Shown: positions 16,129 to 31,005, counted from the first letter of the stretch. The stretch: DNA of 54,855 bases from Girardia tigrina (GCA_001938485.1 MQRK01231233.1:40534-95388), one strand, 5' to 3'. Notes: generated from the sequence alone by a model not told the origin. Made by a program: numbers and translations.

Positions 16129-16690
16129 TTAAAAACTAGACATAATTTCCAACTACATACTAACTTTCTCAAAACTTTTTCCTCTTATGGAGTAATTGAA
16201 AAGACATTACCCACAAAAGTAAGAGAGTGAAATTGGAATTTTTTGATAAAATCAGAATTGAACAGACATTTTCAAGGCAAGAGTTACTATTTTTTAGTTA
16301 ATAATAACTGAATTGCATGAAATGATTATAATGATATTATTTAATATTATTGCATCACGTTTAACATCACAAGAGACATTCATTGATCTTCGATAGATGG
16401 AAATGATCATTCGAAACAAATTAACATGTCATAATCAAATTAAAGCCTGAAAGTAAAAGTCAGACGAAATATCACACTAAAAAGTGATACAGGATATGAA
16501 TAATTTGAATTAGATTAATTTTAATGTAAATAATGTAGGTCGGAAAAAAAGGAAGATAAAAGATAAATAAAAGAAATCGTAAATATATATAAAGGAAAAT
16601 CGCATAAGAAAATTGGTTTAATTCTCGTGACATTTATGGCTGTCTGTTGTAGGATATTTTTGGAGAATTTATAAACTGTTTCTTGCAATT

Positions 16691-16694
<4 letters not shown>

Positions 16695-16726
<32 letters not shown>

Positions 16727-16776
16727 NNNNNNNNNNNNNNNNNNNNNNNNNNNNNNNNNNNNNNNNNNNNNNNNNN

Positions 16777-16824
<48 letters not shown>
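16695..16824. repeat. (TA)n microsatellite spanning an assembly gap
   Basis: Pure TA tracts on both sides of the Ns. Similar tracts lie near 22650, 23155, 47506, 49731 and 49871. Confidence 0.95.
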
Positions 16825-16827
<3 letters not shown>

Positions 16828-17664
16828 TATATTTTTGTCAACTGATTTTTTAAATCATGCTTGACAAAGAGATTAAATTACATTTAATTAACTTTCATTT
16901 TTCGAGAATAATTTTAAATTTAATTTATTTATTTTAATATTATTTAACTTTTTCCTTGAAATTGTGATTAAAATAATCATCTTTAATTTAAAGATATAAT
17001 TTACGCAGAATTTGAAACAATTGTCAATAGATTATAACAAATAAATAATACAATATGTATTTTAATACTATTAATTCATGAAAAAGAAAGAATTGTTGTA
17101 AATATTTGGCAAATGATGCTCAAAGGCGAACGAAAAATATTTTAATCTTTTATATTATAAATTAATTATATTTGATTATTATTTCTTTGACATTCCAAAT
17201 AGTAGTGGTGTTATACCTAAATGGTTCAGCAAAGTACATTGACCCGACATTATAATACCTATAAGGGAAGCATTTTTCGTTAAAATTTTACGATTCAAGT
17301 CTGTTGAAAGGCAGCTGCTGTAATACTATCCCGACAGGGAGATACCTTGTTGGAGAGGATCACTCTAAACAACCAAGTGTTAGATTACCCCTACTTGAAA
17401 ACTCCACGTCAAATGGGTAACTAAAAAATCAAGATTTAAAAAAAGTGTTGTAAGTGATCGACGAAAGAGTCACATTAAAACTTTAATTTAATAATAATAA
17501 ATAATTGTTTCTATTCAAAATGTTAAAAAATGTTCATTATTCATTTGTCTAGAATTGGAATTATCATATGACAAATGATTCATATTTTATTTTTTGTTTT
17601 ATTCATTAACCAATGATAATTGCATATTTAATTTCGCATTTATTTCATTGCTGTCTTTTCTTAG

Positions 17665-17748
17665 GCTCACATGGCATCAGCATTTGAGTTGAGTCTCATG
17701 AATGTCACTGAAAGACTTCAAAAACTATCAGAAACGTCTGAAAGAAAA
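17665..17748 (+). CDS. NAV: Neuron navigator exon (AHMASAFELSLMNVTERLQKLSETSERK)
   Basis: ttag acceptor and gtac donor, 84 nt, phase 0. Continues the NAV motif AHLVAAFEQSL..MT.RLQ.L. Confidence 0.9.
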
Positions 17749-17792
17749 GTACAAGAAAATAAATTCATTAACTTTTTTAATCGAAAGTTTAG

Positions 17793-18122
17793 GATCACGA
17801 GTTAATTCAACTAAAAAATATAATTGAGTCATTAAGACAACAAGGGTTTAATGGTAATGAACAAGCAATAAATATTGGTAATGAAGGTCAAACGAGTGTT
17901 TCGTTAGGGAGGAGTCTTAGTGCCACTGTTAGTCCTGCACATTTCCAGAATTCGTTAGGACGAATTAAGGATAATGAATTAAATAGGAATACATCAGAAT
18001 ACGATACAATTAACAATATAGGATTAATTGGGTCATCAGAATCTTGCACCAGTTTAGTCAGCACTGACATCAGTGGTTCTATTGAAGCAGATCATTTGAA
18101 AAAACAAGCGAAGAAAGGATGG
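17793..18122 (+). CDS. NAV: Neuron navigator exon (DHELIQLKNIIESLRQ...KKQAKKGW)
   Basis: Follows a 44-nt GT-AG intron; 330 nt open. Matches NAV DSEL.ELR.TIE.LK and KKK.W motifs. Confidence 0.9.
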
Positions 18123-18175
18123 GTACTCTTATTCTAACTTAAGTAACCAAAAGTCTTATTAAAATATCATTTTAG

Positions 18176-18321
18176 TTTCGCAGTTCGCTCGGAAAAGCTT
18201 TTCGAAAGAAAATTAAGCATCCTGATGTTTCTATGTCGGATATAGAAGGGGATTATTACGTTCATCAGCCCACAGATTTTCGATCACGCATTTCGAATGA
18301 CAGTCAGAATAGCTCAAAAAG
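18176..18321 (+). CDS. NAV: Neuron navigator exon (FRSSLGKAFRKK...SDIEG)
   Basis: Follows a 53-nt GT-AG intron. NAV motif (L/F)RSSF.KAF.KK and SDIE. Confidence 0.85.
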
Positions 18322-18366
18322 GTTTTTGTTTTATTTTTGTGAAAATAATAATGAAAGAATTTTCAG

Positions 18367-18719
18367 TTTCGTGCTAGACACTTCAACAAATACCATAGAA
18401 AATCTAAAACAACAGCTTCAAGAAAGGGATTTGAAGTTGACAGATGCACAGTTAGAAGCGTTGTCCAGTGCCCATCAATTGGAACAGCTAAAGGAATTGC
18501 TGAATGCTATGAGATGTGAAATGTCAACTCTTAGAGCGGACAATGAACGTCTTCAGAAATTAGTGCGAGTCGAGTCTGATACAAACGACGAAAGTAACTG
18601 TAACATTGGGGACGAGAGTTCCACTTCAAACAGTAAAGGAACTGCTTCACCTGATAGTAAAAGTGCGGCAAGTAATTTGAGGGAGTCTTGTTCGACTAAC
18701 AATTCTGTTGAAATGTTCA
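18367..18719 (+). CDS. NAV: Neuron navigator exon, second coiled coil (ERDLKLTDAQLEALSSAHQLEQLKE)
   Basis: Hallmark NAV motif KLTD.RLEALSSAHQL. The gtatgt donor at 18720 is phase 1, compatible with the next exon. Confidence 0.9.
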
Positions 18720-19019
18720 GTATGTTTTTGAATATTATAAAACTTAATTTTTAATAATAAATTTATTTTCAATTAATAGTTATGAATTTTAATAGATGTT
18801 TGAGGCACATCTTTGATGTCTTGAATTCATAAACATTGTTCCTATTTTCAAATAATTAAATAATTTTATGTATTTTCATTAATTGTTATATAATATTTAA
18901 GTTAGGCAATAACTTAGTATCACTGTTAAGAATTTAGATTTGTTATCTAATTTTACGATCTAACACTTTTTATATTTCCATCTGAATCGTTTAAAAACGT
19001 TTACAAGATGAAAACATTG

Positions 19020-19660
19020 AAGATCACAAGCAGATTATTAAGACACCATATTCTGAAGGGTTAAGAACATTTAAGAAATATATGTATATAAATAAAGGTA
19101 GTGTTAAAATTGTTTTATTCACATTCAAAGTCCAAAGCTTCTTATCAGATAAATCAAAAACGGTTACTGGATGAGAGTTAATCTATTATATAAATTTAAT
19201 TGTTCAAGTCTGTACAATGTTACATTAGTAATTTGCAGTGTACATTAGAGCGATAAAGCGTCAACTCGAAAGCACTTAGATTGGTGAATATTCACAGTCG
19301 AGTCAATGATTGGGTACGGTTCTTGATCACAGGTTGTGTTGTAAAAATAGAATCCCATTCATTTTTAAAAGATGAGTTTTCTGTTCTAAATAAGGACATG
19401 ATTAATGTTACGAGCGGTAGTTCTGTGAATCATTTTTGGTAATACAATCCAACCAGTCATTAATTAACACAAAATATATGCTAAGTGAAACCGTTTCATT
19501 GCTTAAACTTTTTAATTAAATAAAAATTACCATAATTAACCAAACATTTAATTCTCTTAGATTCTATTACTGTTACATTACCAATTTATCTTTTATTTTA
19601 ATTAATTTGTGCACAAACCTATAAGTTCTGAGGATGTAAGTAGACGTATCATATGATCAA
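19020..19660 (+). mobile_element. Degraded Penelope GIY-YIG 3' fragment
   Basis: Colinear similarity to 48240-48750 (ccatattct.aagg, tataaatttaattgt, ggttcttgatca, aaaagatgagttttctgttcta). A degenerate CTGAGGA core lies near 19628. Confidence 0.7.
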
Positions 19661-22080
19661 ATTTCCAAAAATGATTTAGTTAATTTATTTATCAGTAATG
19701 AAAATATAACATTCCGAAGACTCGAAAATATCAAAGACTTCGTAATGTACATAATTGAGTTAGTTAAACACATTTCAAAAGAAAAATTATAAAAAAGTTA
19801 AATATTTTCCTTAAGATGAAGTTCTTTTAATACAAATGAATTCGTAAAAATTAATAAATATGAAGAAAATAAAATATCACAACAAATATAATTAAATAGT
19901 TATTGATATCCAATATTTATAAACCCTGTAATATAAGAGTGAATGAAAGCTATCCTAGATTTTCTATTAATAATAGTTCAAATTAAAATAAAGACCCGGA
20001 AAACTTTCTTCACTCTGTATATTAACTACAAACCAAAAAAATATAAAAATAAGTAGAGTATTAATATAAACATATTATGGTAAATCAATGATAATCGTTA
20101 AGTACAACGAAATCCAACAAAGATAATCTAGATTACCAATAAATATAATAAATTAACGTTACTTATACAAGATCAAAGTAATTTGATAGGAATTCGTATA
20201 ATTTTTCTTTAAAGAATATTGTCTATTACGGTATGATATTAGGACAATTATGATTTAGACAATTGTTCGTTTCTATAACTTAGTAATGCTTCGCACTAAT
20301 GTATTCGAATCAAACGATATAAAGTATTTGGTAATAATGGTATAATGGCCACTAATAAACAGGAGACTATTGTTTCGGTGGTGAAGTAATGAATCAAAAA
20401 TAGTACTGGATAAGTCACAATCAAAATAATAATAACAGTCAAGATAAGAGAATCTTGGATGGTATGAATAAATTTCGTTGACAGATAATTTTTTTACTGC
20501 TGAATATAATTCTGGCAATAAATTAATAATCAATTATTGATTATTAATTTAAATTTAAATTGTCATAGGTAATTTAATGAAATAATTATAATTTGGATTT
20601 GGAAAAATAATAGGGGAAAAATATAAACCGTATTTTTTTCATTCTTTCTTTTTTTCTTTCATTGCTTTATAATTTTCTTGTATGTGATAAACCAAAAATA
20701 AACAAAGTATCCAGATTTGCAACAAAATAAAAAGAAATATGGTTAATATAAAAATAAAAATCATAAATCACAGTCTATGAGTCTCTCACACACAAGTACC
20801 AAAATCTACCACTCAGTACGAAAGACAGAACACAAAAAAATATGGAGTAAGCATTAAGAACAAGTCACAGAAGTAAAGTAAAAAAAGAAATTTTCACAAT
20901 ATATACAACCAAATATTTTTTGAAGATGTATTACAAACCCCTTAAGCGTTACTATCTCAGACTACAACATTCCACTCTATGGGGAAGAACTTTTCACCTC
21001 TAGGGTACATACCCGTTATTTACGATATGTGACAAGAATTTTTATGAATAAGCTTGGAAAAGTTGGTTATTGTGACTCATTGTATATGTATATGCAAGCG
21101 AGCGTACTCGACAAAAATATATTCATCATTCTTATTTTTGCATTCCTATTTTTCATTCAGGAAATATACGACACAACACATTAAGGCGTTAATGAAGTAT
21201 ATCGTTTTAATAACGGGATTCAGAATTCCAGAACCTCTGAAATAATTCATGAAATCTATAAACGAAAATATTTTATTTTAAGAACTTGAAATTACATTTA
21301 TTGGTAGATTTATTTTCAATGAATTATAAAAGTTAGATTGTTTTTCAATAAAATTTGTTTTTTCAATAATTATTTGAAAGTCATAAATTTCAAAATCAGA
21401 GGTCTTCAACAAAGGCAGAAAATTGTGATTATAAATATGTTAAATTTTTATCGTAAAAGCTCTTGACTTTCTCATTGGAAACATCCATTACAAAAACTTT
21501 ATGATACCCACATGGTCAAAGTGGACAGAGTTGTAAATAGATACACAATGGTGTTGGGTATGTTGCCCAAGAAATATTGTAAGAATTGTCTCGGCCATGG
21601 CTCCAATAGTACAACAATCTTTTTACAGCCCATTTAATTCGGTATGTCATAAAATATAAGCCTAATGTTTCATGAATCCCATTCTACCATAAAGGGACGC
21701 AAGAATGGGACAGTCCCTATTAGTCATGACATAAGTCATAAGTCATAGAGCAGCCGTATGCCGTAAATCACTTTTAAAAAATCGATTAAATTATTTATAA
21801 CAAATTTTATTCATATTCAAATTGACGATATGGTGCTCATTAAAACAAGATTTGTCTCTGATAATTTAAACAAACAATTTCATAAATTGATTGTACAACT
21901 TTTATATATGTAATTATTTGTTAAAGTTTTTAAATTATATGGAGAAGTCATTATTGGTCAGAATATCTATTCTTGAGGAAAAGTTTGTTGTGCCTTTTGT
22001 AGAAAATTAATCATTCTGCTTAATTATGTTATGTTGTCATCCTGTCAGAAATTTTGTTCTTAAACAATGAATACTTTTAG

Positions 22081-22642
22081 GTCATCTTTTCAAATTCTCC
22101 AGTCCCAACGAAATCAGTCTTGGGACGTACATATATTTTGAGGATGTGATCGTTTCCACAGCGAATGTCCAACATGTCACCAACAAAGTGTTAATAGGAT
22201 CATGTCACATATCAGAGCAGTCTACGTGGTCTCAGTTAGAATCACATATCAAATGCCTTTTCAAAGAATATTTAAATTTTAATGATCCTTTTGCCAATCT
22301 TGGAATCAATTCAGAGAGTATTGAACACTACAGTTTGGGATCAGTCCACAAAAGATTTATCAACGAAGACAATCAGGTTGAGGCGGATCTTCCCACGCCT
22401 TTTCATGCCATTAATACGGCGGAATTAAATTCTGAAGAAAATCAAATTAAAATAATACTGAGATACACCAAACTAAATAATCCTGTTTTGGACGCATTAG
22501 CCTTTGATACATTAATTCCAAAAACAGTTTTACATCGGTATGTATCGCTTCTGTTGGAGCATCGCTTGATTATTTTATGCGGCCCGTCCGGAACCGGCAA
22601 GACATATTTGGCAAATAAACTAGCAAAGCATCTTATTGTTCG
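22081..22642 (+). CDS. NAV: Neuron navigator exon, start of the AAA+ domain (Walker A GPSGTGKT)
   Basis: ttttag acceptor and gtaag donor. LAFDTLIPK..L.RYVSLLLEHRLIILCGPSGTGKTYLANKLA is typical of NAV/UNC-53. Confidence 0.95.
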
Positions 22643-23151
22643 GTAAGATTATATATATATATATATATATATATATTCGTATACCTGAATTACAATTATT
22701 TTTGGAATTTATTAATTTTAATGCTGTTATTATTATTAATATTATAATTATGATTATTGTAAAAGAGCTAACTGAGACGGATGTTTCAATGAACTCTCTT
22801 AACAAATGATATTAATAAATATATAACCTAAACCTTAATTTAACAAAACTATATTAAAGATAATACAAATTGTCTAAATAATTGACGTTAGAGAGATTCT
22901 TCTAGTAGGAATCGATTGTTTGGTTTAGTGGAATTATTTTTGTTGTTATTGTCGTTGATGACGACGAGTGAAGATGGTATTCGATGAATTGAGATTGAGA
23001 CAGCCATTGTTGTTGTGAGAATTACCGTTACCGAGCTTTTGGTTGATTAAGGTTTGTTGTAATCAACTAAAATTAACAAAAATTCCAAAGAATCCAGTCG
23101 CTAAAATTAATTATTGTTGAATGATTTTCATTATTAATTTATTAATTTCTA

Positions 23152-23187
<36 letters not shown>

Positions 23188-26100
23188 NNNNNNNNNNNNN
23201 NNNNNNNNNNNNNNNNNNNNNNNNNNNNNNNNNNNNNTACTGTCTTTCCCGTTTAATAAAAGAATAATGTCATTGATTAAAAAAAATCTTCTAATCAATG
23301 ACTTAATTATTGATTATTTTTAATGAAATTTTATGGAAGGTATTTCGATAATGATATCAGTAGATTTTCGAGAAAATAAACTGTTTTTAAAGTAATCGAC
23401 GATCGTGAAATAACCGAAAGAATGATGAAGAATAGCAAACAGAAACAATACATCAGTGTCATTCAAATAATATAAAACTACATATTAAAAATGATACGAC
23501 GTTGGAGTCTAAAAACGTAATTTAATCCTATGCAACATATCGAAAACCCATGTCTTTCAAGACTGGTTGAATTTAACAATCAATCTTCTCTACGAATAAC
23601 CGTGTCTCGATATTGGACGATATTTTAAGATCATTTCAAAAAAGGACTAATCATTATTACGTTATTTCGTTTGAAATGAAAACGATTCTTTAGTGTCAAA
23701 ACTCGATTACATTTGAAAAAAATCGTCTTTCTTCGTTATTTCGAATAATTTTTGTGGAGCTTTTTTGTAAAACTTATTCTTGTAATAAATAAATTGATTT
23801 TTTATAGTTTTTTATGAGATTTTTGATTTTTTTTGTAAATTTAAGTATTTTCAATAAATCTGTAATGTCTTGATATTTTTGACGTTTTTTTTGAAAAATT
23901 AAATGAAAAAATTAAACTTAATTATTCTTTTATTGAATGAAATTTCTTTTAAACATTGGAACACGAAGTTTTATATGATTCGTTAATTTTTTTAGTGTGT
24001 AATGTTATGTCTTCATGTACTAAAAATTTTTGCTAATTAATGGAGCGCTTGCTAATGAATGCAAATAAATTATGTGTGCNNNNNNNNNNNNNNNNNNNNN
24101 NNNNNNNNNNNNNNNNNNNNNNNNNNNNNNNNNNNNNNNNNNNNNNNNTGTGTCCTTATATAAAATTTGCAAATGAAAGCAACGATGGCTATTCAATGCA
24201 AATCTTTGTGATTTTATCCAATTGGAATTAGGTCAGTCTATTTTTAGGTAAGCTTTATTATATAACTTGCTAATTAATGACAATATCACGGTATTAAATG
24301 AGAACGACAGTAATATTTTATGCGTCAATGAATTGTTGACCAAGGCGTTTATATCAATATATGAAGCAGTGGATCCAAATATTACTAAACATGATGACCA
24401 TCTTCAAGAAGATTTGTGGAAACCATCATCTCTAATTCCAGACTTCGTTAATTTGTATTACTATGAGCAACCTTGTATTTCCAGAACATCGATATAGTTG
24501 TGTACAAACAGTTGTCTCACAAATGAAAATAAGAAGAATTAAAGTCCTATCTCATGGTCAGTTGCGTGCAAAAAATATGGAAACCAAGAATGGAATAAAA
24601 ATGCATGGCACGATGAAAATTGAAGACATCACAGTATTTTAAAGAAAAGGGAATGTGAACTCGAAGACAATCAAGTAGTGGTATTCAATCGGAAAAAATA
24701 CTGGTCAAAATAGTTATAGAAAAATAAAACTTTCAGAATATTTCAACAAATAACTTTTTGAGAAACATAGAATCCGAGAATATTTTAAACTTGAAGAAGA
24801 CAAAAAAATTAAACGTTTTAATTACATAAAAAATGATATTTATGCATAAATTTCCATCAAAATCAGCAAAGTTAATGTTATACTTGCAAAGAAGGTCGTA
24901 TTAGAAGGAACTGTATATTCTGTTTGTCTTGTAAGAACAGGGATTGTCCAGTTCTCAGTGTTTCGAGAAACAACGAGGAAGGGTTGACACGGATCGATTA
25001 TCAAATAATAAATGTGAAAATTGTGCGAAATACAAAATAAAAAATGAAAAAGAATAAGAAAGTAAGTTAAAAGCTAAAATTTTAGCTCTAATGACAGAAT
25101 GTTAGGAAAACTATTGCAACAAATAGATGAAGAAATCGATGAAATCAAAGAAAACTTTGAGAAAGAAGATACAACAAATATTCGGATGGAAGATGGGGAA
25201 TTTTTTACAAATGAATGTAAAATACTGATCTCCAATCACAGATGGATTTACTTTAAAATTTAAATTCATAAATATATAACTTACTATTAAAAAAAGTTTA
25301 TAAATATTTTAAAATTAATTTCGATATAACTAAAATACAGGAAATAACGAAAACAATTGTAGAACTTTGTCAACCTTGTCAAAAACGTAAAGTAACGATT
25401 ACGATATCCAAGAATACTTTCATAAAAAAGGTTATTTCCCATTCCAAAAATGGTTTTTAAGACTTGAGAATATCAAAAGATTTTATTGAAACAAGTATAT
25501 TTTGAGATTATTTTCAAATTTAGTCGTTATTTCTCTTCAAATGTTCTGACTAAATAATATAAAAAGAAAACTATCGAAATACTCTTGAAACTTTCATGAT
25601 ATACTGAGACTGTATACGATTTTTTCAATCAAAAGTTATGATGGATCTGGAAGAACCTTATATTATTCACTTACAATACAAGTAAACCCATATCATCACA
25701 ACAATAGCATCTTTAATGACAGATAGAAATGAAAAAATTTGAGAATAATTATTATCAGAAGATGAATAATCTTAAACTGAGACAACACAAAAGTAGATCG
25801 GAATGAACACAGCAGAATGTTCTTTTTTGTTTTCCAATAAATAGTAATAAAATGCAAAGAAATCGGAAAGATAAATGCGATAGTGTTAGAGAAAATCAAA
25901 TTAAATACATGTTATTGTTAAGAGAACTCACACATTTGATAGACCATTTATTACATTGACAATTTTGATCATCTCTATAACAATCAATAGTATCGCTCGC
26001 TCGTAAATTCATTACTCAATGTTTAATACTTCTCATTCCAATCTGAACTACCTTGAAGAAAATTATTTTATTTAATTTAAATTTTATTAGCTAAAATAAA

Positions 26101-29100
26101 ATTACTTTTTATAATCATTTTTGAACATTAATTGGATTTTAATTATTTAAAAATTTACAAAAATAAAATCAATAAAATTATTTAAACGTTACAATAATAA
26201 AAATTTGAATATTAAATCTAAATTTAAATAAATTAGTTTCAGATTATAAGAATTAAAATATTAATTATCCATCTGATAAGGAGAGACACAATCCCGAATC
26301 AACACACAACATTTAAACATACAAGCACTACAGAAAAACATCAACACACCAAATATTCCTCACAGTGGTAATAATAAAAAATGAAATAGAGAATTTCATG
26401 TGGAAGAAATTTCTTGTGAAGATGAAATTCAAAAAATAATAAAGGTGATTACCGTTATCATCGTCCAAGCAAAATTGATAAAAACGACATGATAGAAGTT
26501 AGGAATTGTGAGGATCCTCCATAATAAGTTTAAGTTATTATTAATAACTAAACACAACACCTTTTGAAAATTTATTATTATTAACAAATCAATAATTAAA
26601 ACATAATTAAATAATATTGTTTAATTACATTTTAATAAATTCAAATTGATAATTTAAATTTTAATTATAAAATTCTATGAGAAGTAAAGTTATTAACTTT
26701 ACATATGCCCCTGCAGAGGTTAGTCCGTACAAGTGAAAGTGGGCTTCAGTCGATCTATGGAAATTCTTCTTTGTTCTCCTTCTATATCGATGACAAAAGT
26801 TTTCATGTTATGAAAGCGTTTGATAACTGTATACGGGCTTTCATAGGGTTGCTTTAAGCAACCTGTAATTTCTTTTCGTACCCATACTTTACTGCAGTCT
26901 CTAAGGACTTGTGGTACAAAGATTCGACGCGTTGATTGTTTATGCAGGATACGTTGGCCGAATTCTCGAATAGAGTGCTCCACATATGATAGAGTATAGG
27001 ATTCCTAAGTGACTGTGTTATCGACTATATCACCAGGAAAGCTTGTAGATGAACCGTAAAGTAGTTGAGCTGGAGAAGCTGTTGAACCAGTAATGGTAGC
27101 ATTTCGTAATCCGAGTATCACGATAGGAAGATCCCGGCCCATGTTCGTTCAGATGAGTCTGAGTGAGTCTTTAGTGCGTTCTTTAAGGACCGATGAAACC
27201 TCTCGATTTTTCCGTTGCACTCTGAATGATACGCAATGGTCTGGCGATATTCTATGCCAAATACGCTGCAGACGTCTTTGAACTGGCTGGAAATGAATTG
27301 TCTTCCTTGATCTTGGATGATGATCTCTTGTGGATATAAGTGCTTTTGTTATTGCTGCGGACGTAATATCATTGAGGGGAACCGCTTCTGGTCAAGACGT
27401 GTGCATATCTATAAATGTAATTAAATATTTTTTACCTTCGACACTTAGTAGGGGACCAACAATGTCCATATGTAGGATTTTTAACCGTCCTCTGTTTGGA
27501 ATTGAGCTGAGTTTACATTTTGTATGCCTAGACACTTTTTGAGATTGGCATGGATAGCATTCTCGAATCCACTTGCGAATATTGAATTTCATATTTGGCC
27601 ATACAAGTCGTGAGCGAACAATATCAATAGTTTTATTAGTTCCGACGTGAGCTAGGCCGTGTAACCTCTGAAATTCCTGGAAAATAAATTTTGTAGGTAA
27701 TATGATACGTTTGTTTGTACAAGCAATGTCATAAAGAATTCCGTTATCTATGAGCATAATGAAGGTGGATCCTGACAGTAGTTCATTTTTTCTCGTTGCT
27801 GTTCGGTTACAATTTCATCTCTTGATAAAGCATATAACTCGGGTATTTCTTCGTGGTCATCGTTTGCCCTAGAAAGGAAATCAGTGACAATGTTTTCGGA
27901 GCCTTTGACATACAACAATTGAAAGGAGAATTGATTAATATATTCTATGTACCTCCATTGTCTGTTGGATGGATTCTTCATCGATTGGATGTACAGCAAC
28001 AGTTTGTGATCAGTAAGTATTTTGAATGTGGAACCCTCCAGATAATGTTTAAACTTCTTGACTGCAAGGTAGATTGCGAGAAGTTCGTGGTCAAAAGTAG
28101 AGTAGTTCATCTCGGATCTACCCAGTTTCCTTGAAAAAAAACGAAATTGGTGTTAGCTTTGAGTCGACTTCATGATTTAGGCTGGCACCTACTGCTGTAC
28201 CTGAGACATCTGTGCAGAGGATCAATTCCTTGCAATGATCAAACGTGCACTCATCGATAATTTCTTTTAATCTCTGTTCAATTGTGATGAAAGCAAGCTT
28301 CTGGGGGGTATTGAAATTGAATTTTGGTTTCCTTTTGTTCCTGTTAGAAGAGTGTAAAGCTGAGCCATAATTTCTGATAACTTTTGTATCATCCACTGGT
28401 AGAAAGTTGCTGCTCCTATAAATCTACGGAGTGATTTGGCATTATTCGGCTCCTCAATCCTTGTGATATTATCGATTCTTTCTGGAATAGGTTTGATGCC
28501 ATTACTGTAGATTTGAACCTCGAGAAACTTGCCTGTTGACGAACGAAAGACGCATTTGTCTTTATTTAACTCCAGAGATGCTTTGGCTAATGGATGTTCT
28601 TCGTGCTCTTTTCTGAATCAGAGAAAATAATCACATCGTCAATATAACAAGCAGAAAATCTTTCCAAGCCATGGAGTAGTGAATCCATGTATCGTTGAAA
28701 CATCTGCACTGCATTCCGTAATCCGAAAGGCATTGTAACGTATTCAGAAAGACCAAATCGCGTGGTTACTGCCGTTTTCTGGATGTCATCTTCGTGGAAT
28801 GGGATCTGATGGAAGGCTTTTCTTAAGTCCAACGTCGAGAATATTGATTTGCCAGATATTTTATCCAATATATCCACCATCCTTGGTAGAGGATATCTGT
28901 CTTGTTTTTTAACAGCATTGAGAAGGCGGTAATCACCACATGGTATAAAACTGCCATCATTTTTTTACTATGACCAGTGGTGAGGACCGTGAACTGGTAC
29001 AGCGTCTGATTGTGACATTGAGGAGTAATTGATCGAACTACTTTTGAACAGCTTCCGAAATTACTTTACCTATCCTTCGTGATCTTTGTACTCCAGGGAG

Positions 29101-30305
29101 TCCTGTAGTTTCAATTCTGAGCATTGGTTGAGAATGATGCATTGTGTTGGCCGATTTATTAAAATATTTCTTCTTGAAACCGGTCGCGGTCTGTCCATCT
29201 GAGTATATCTGATTGCGTTTACAATCGACCTTGATATCTTCTTTTGCAAGGAAGTCTGAATCCAGAATCGGACGTTGAACATCTGCAAGAATAAAATACA
29301 TTTGAACGACTTTTGGAATCCTGGAAGACGGAATTCAAATAAACGAGTGCCGTTTGTAGTGATCTCCTGGCCGTTAGCAGACACCATCTTCTGAATGTTT
29401 GAGTTACAATTTGATTTGAAGTCTTTTGACTGTAAAATCGGCTCCCGTATCGATGAGAAAGTTGATCACTTGATTATCAGTAATGCCAGGAACTGTAAAT
29501 ATGACTGAGATTTGATCCGGTGGTTTGAAATGGGTTGAAGATACCGGAGTCTCTGCAACCCTTAGTCTTTTCCCGAAGTATTTCGAGCATTCCATTCGCA
29601 TGGCTTCTGACATTTCGTGCAGCCTGTCTAAAGGTACGGTGGTAATAACAAGTATTTCAATCATACTGTGAATCGCCATTAGCATTGAGTTTTTTCTTGA
29701 GGAGATTGATTTCTTCTGTTAGTTGTTCACTTTGACTGGAGCGTTGATCAAACTGGATATTCGTTTCGGAGTCATTGATTGATCGTGGTTGTTTGAGATG
29801 AGATTGTCTGCTAATTGAGCTAACTCAGGTAGTGATAACGATTTATGAGTTATCAAATGTCGCTGAGTATCATTTGACAGTGCTCGAAGAAGGCCGTCCG
29901 AAGAATGTTGTCATTATTTCACATCATTCCGGCTAAGCGATAATGCCTCTGAAGGATCCTGAGATATTCTGATGGGTGACGTTCGTCCAAGCCATTGTTG
30001 TTAAACAGAATGTCAAAGTTGGTGGAAATTGGAACTTTCAGACTCTGGAGGATGGCATCACGGAGATGTGAATATCGCGACTTCGATTCACTGTCGAAAT
30101 ATTCCTGGAATTCAGTGAGGATCGCCGGAGGTAAGCTTGCTGTGACATGCATGAATTTGGTTGTTTCACTGAAGATCCGTGATAATTTGAAAATGGCTTC
30201 CACTTGCCGGAACCACATATCTACTTCATCAAAAAACGGTGGCAATTTGGCAAAGGTGTGGTTGCCTTCGAGCGAACCGCTTCTGACACCATTGTAAGGA
30301 TCCTC

Positions 30306-31005
30306 TGTTTCCGAATTGTCCCACAGAAGTGAGCATCTGGGCCCATAGAGATGTCTTCGGACTGCCAGTCGACGGTCGATATTCGGTTTTGAACGCATTT
30401 GTCGGTACAGATTTATCGATCGAGTTCGTTTTGAGATCGAATTGCGATTGTGATTTGTCGAAGAGAAACGAAATGTCATTGAGTTCTTTTGAGGGATTTA
30501 AGAGCGACTCGAGAACCAATTTAGCGGGTTTATTTGAGTTGTCTTTCGTTTTCCCTGAGTCTGTTGAAGAGAAATGACCGATGTCTTTATCGAACAATCG
30601 ATCGTTTATCGTTTTATTTGATTTATTTTTGGAGCTAATCTCCTCGATCCGATTGAAAGAAAGATCGAGTATTTGCAGTTTCTTAAGACCTTTAATATTC
30701 TNNNNNNNNNNNNNNNNNNNNNNNNNNNNNNNNNNNNNNNNNAGATTGACGAGACCGTCGAGATTTTCGATTCTTTCAATTTGATTGTGATGCAAATACA
30801 GATGCGTGACGCCACTCGACAGCATCTCTGTATTCTCGATCCTCGTGATTTTCTCTCTATCGAGGTACACGTGCTGCATCTCATCGATTCGCTTCATCTT
30901 TTCGTCGGTCGATAACTTGTGAAAGTCATACGACAAATTTCTCTGCACAATCAAATCGAAATTCAGAAACGGAGAAACAAACATTTGATTATTTAAATCG
31001 CTCAA
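30306..31005 (-). pseudogene. LRRC46-like (SDS22-type LRR) gene fragment captured inside a gypsy 5' LTR
   Basis: LIVQRNL...EMQHVYLDREKITRIEN...THLYLHHNQIERIENL...LQILDLSFNRIEEI resembles LRRC46 (LITKRNL, TVRLDREGITTIRNL). No intron is visible, but there is a 41-nt N gap. The first ATG is at 30984 and the frame reads on into the LTR/PBS to a stop at 30229. Confidence 0.75.

Noticed and set aside
23380-25900. Heavily decayed retroelement-like sequence (e.g. CQPCQKRK near 25370)
   Set aside because: Too degraded to assign boundaries or a family by eye.
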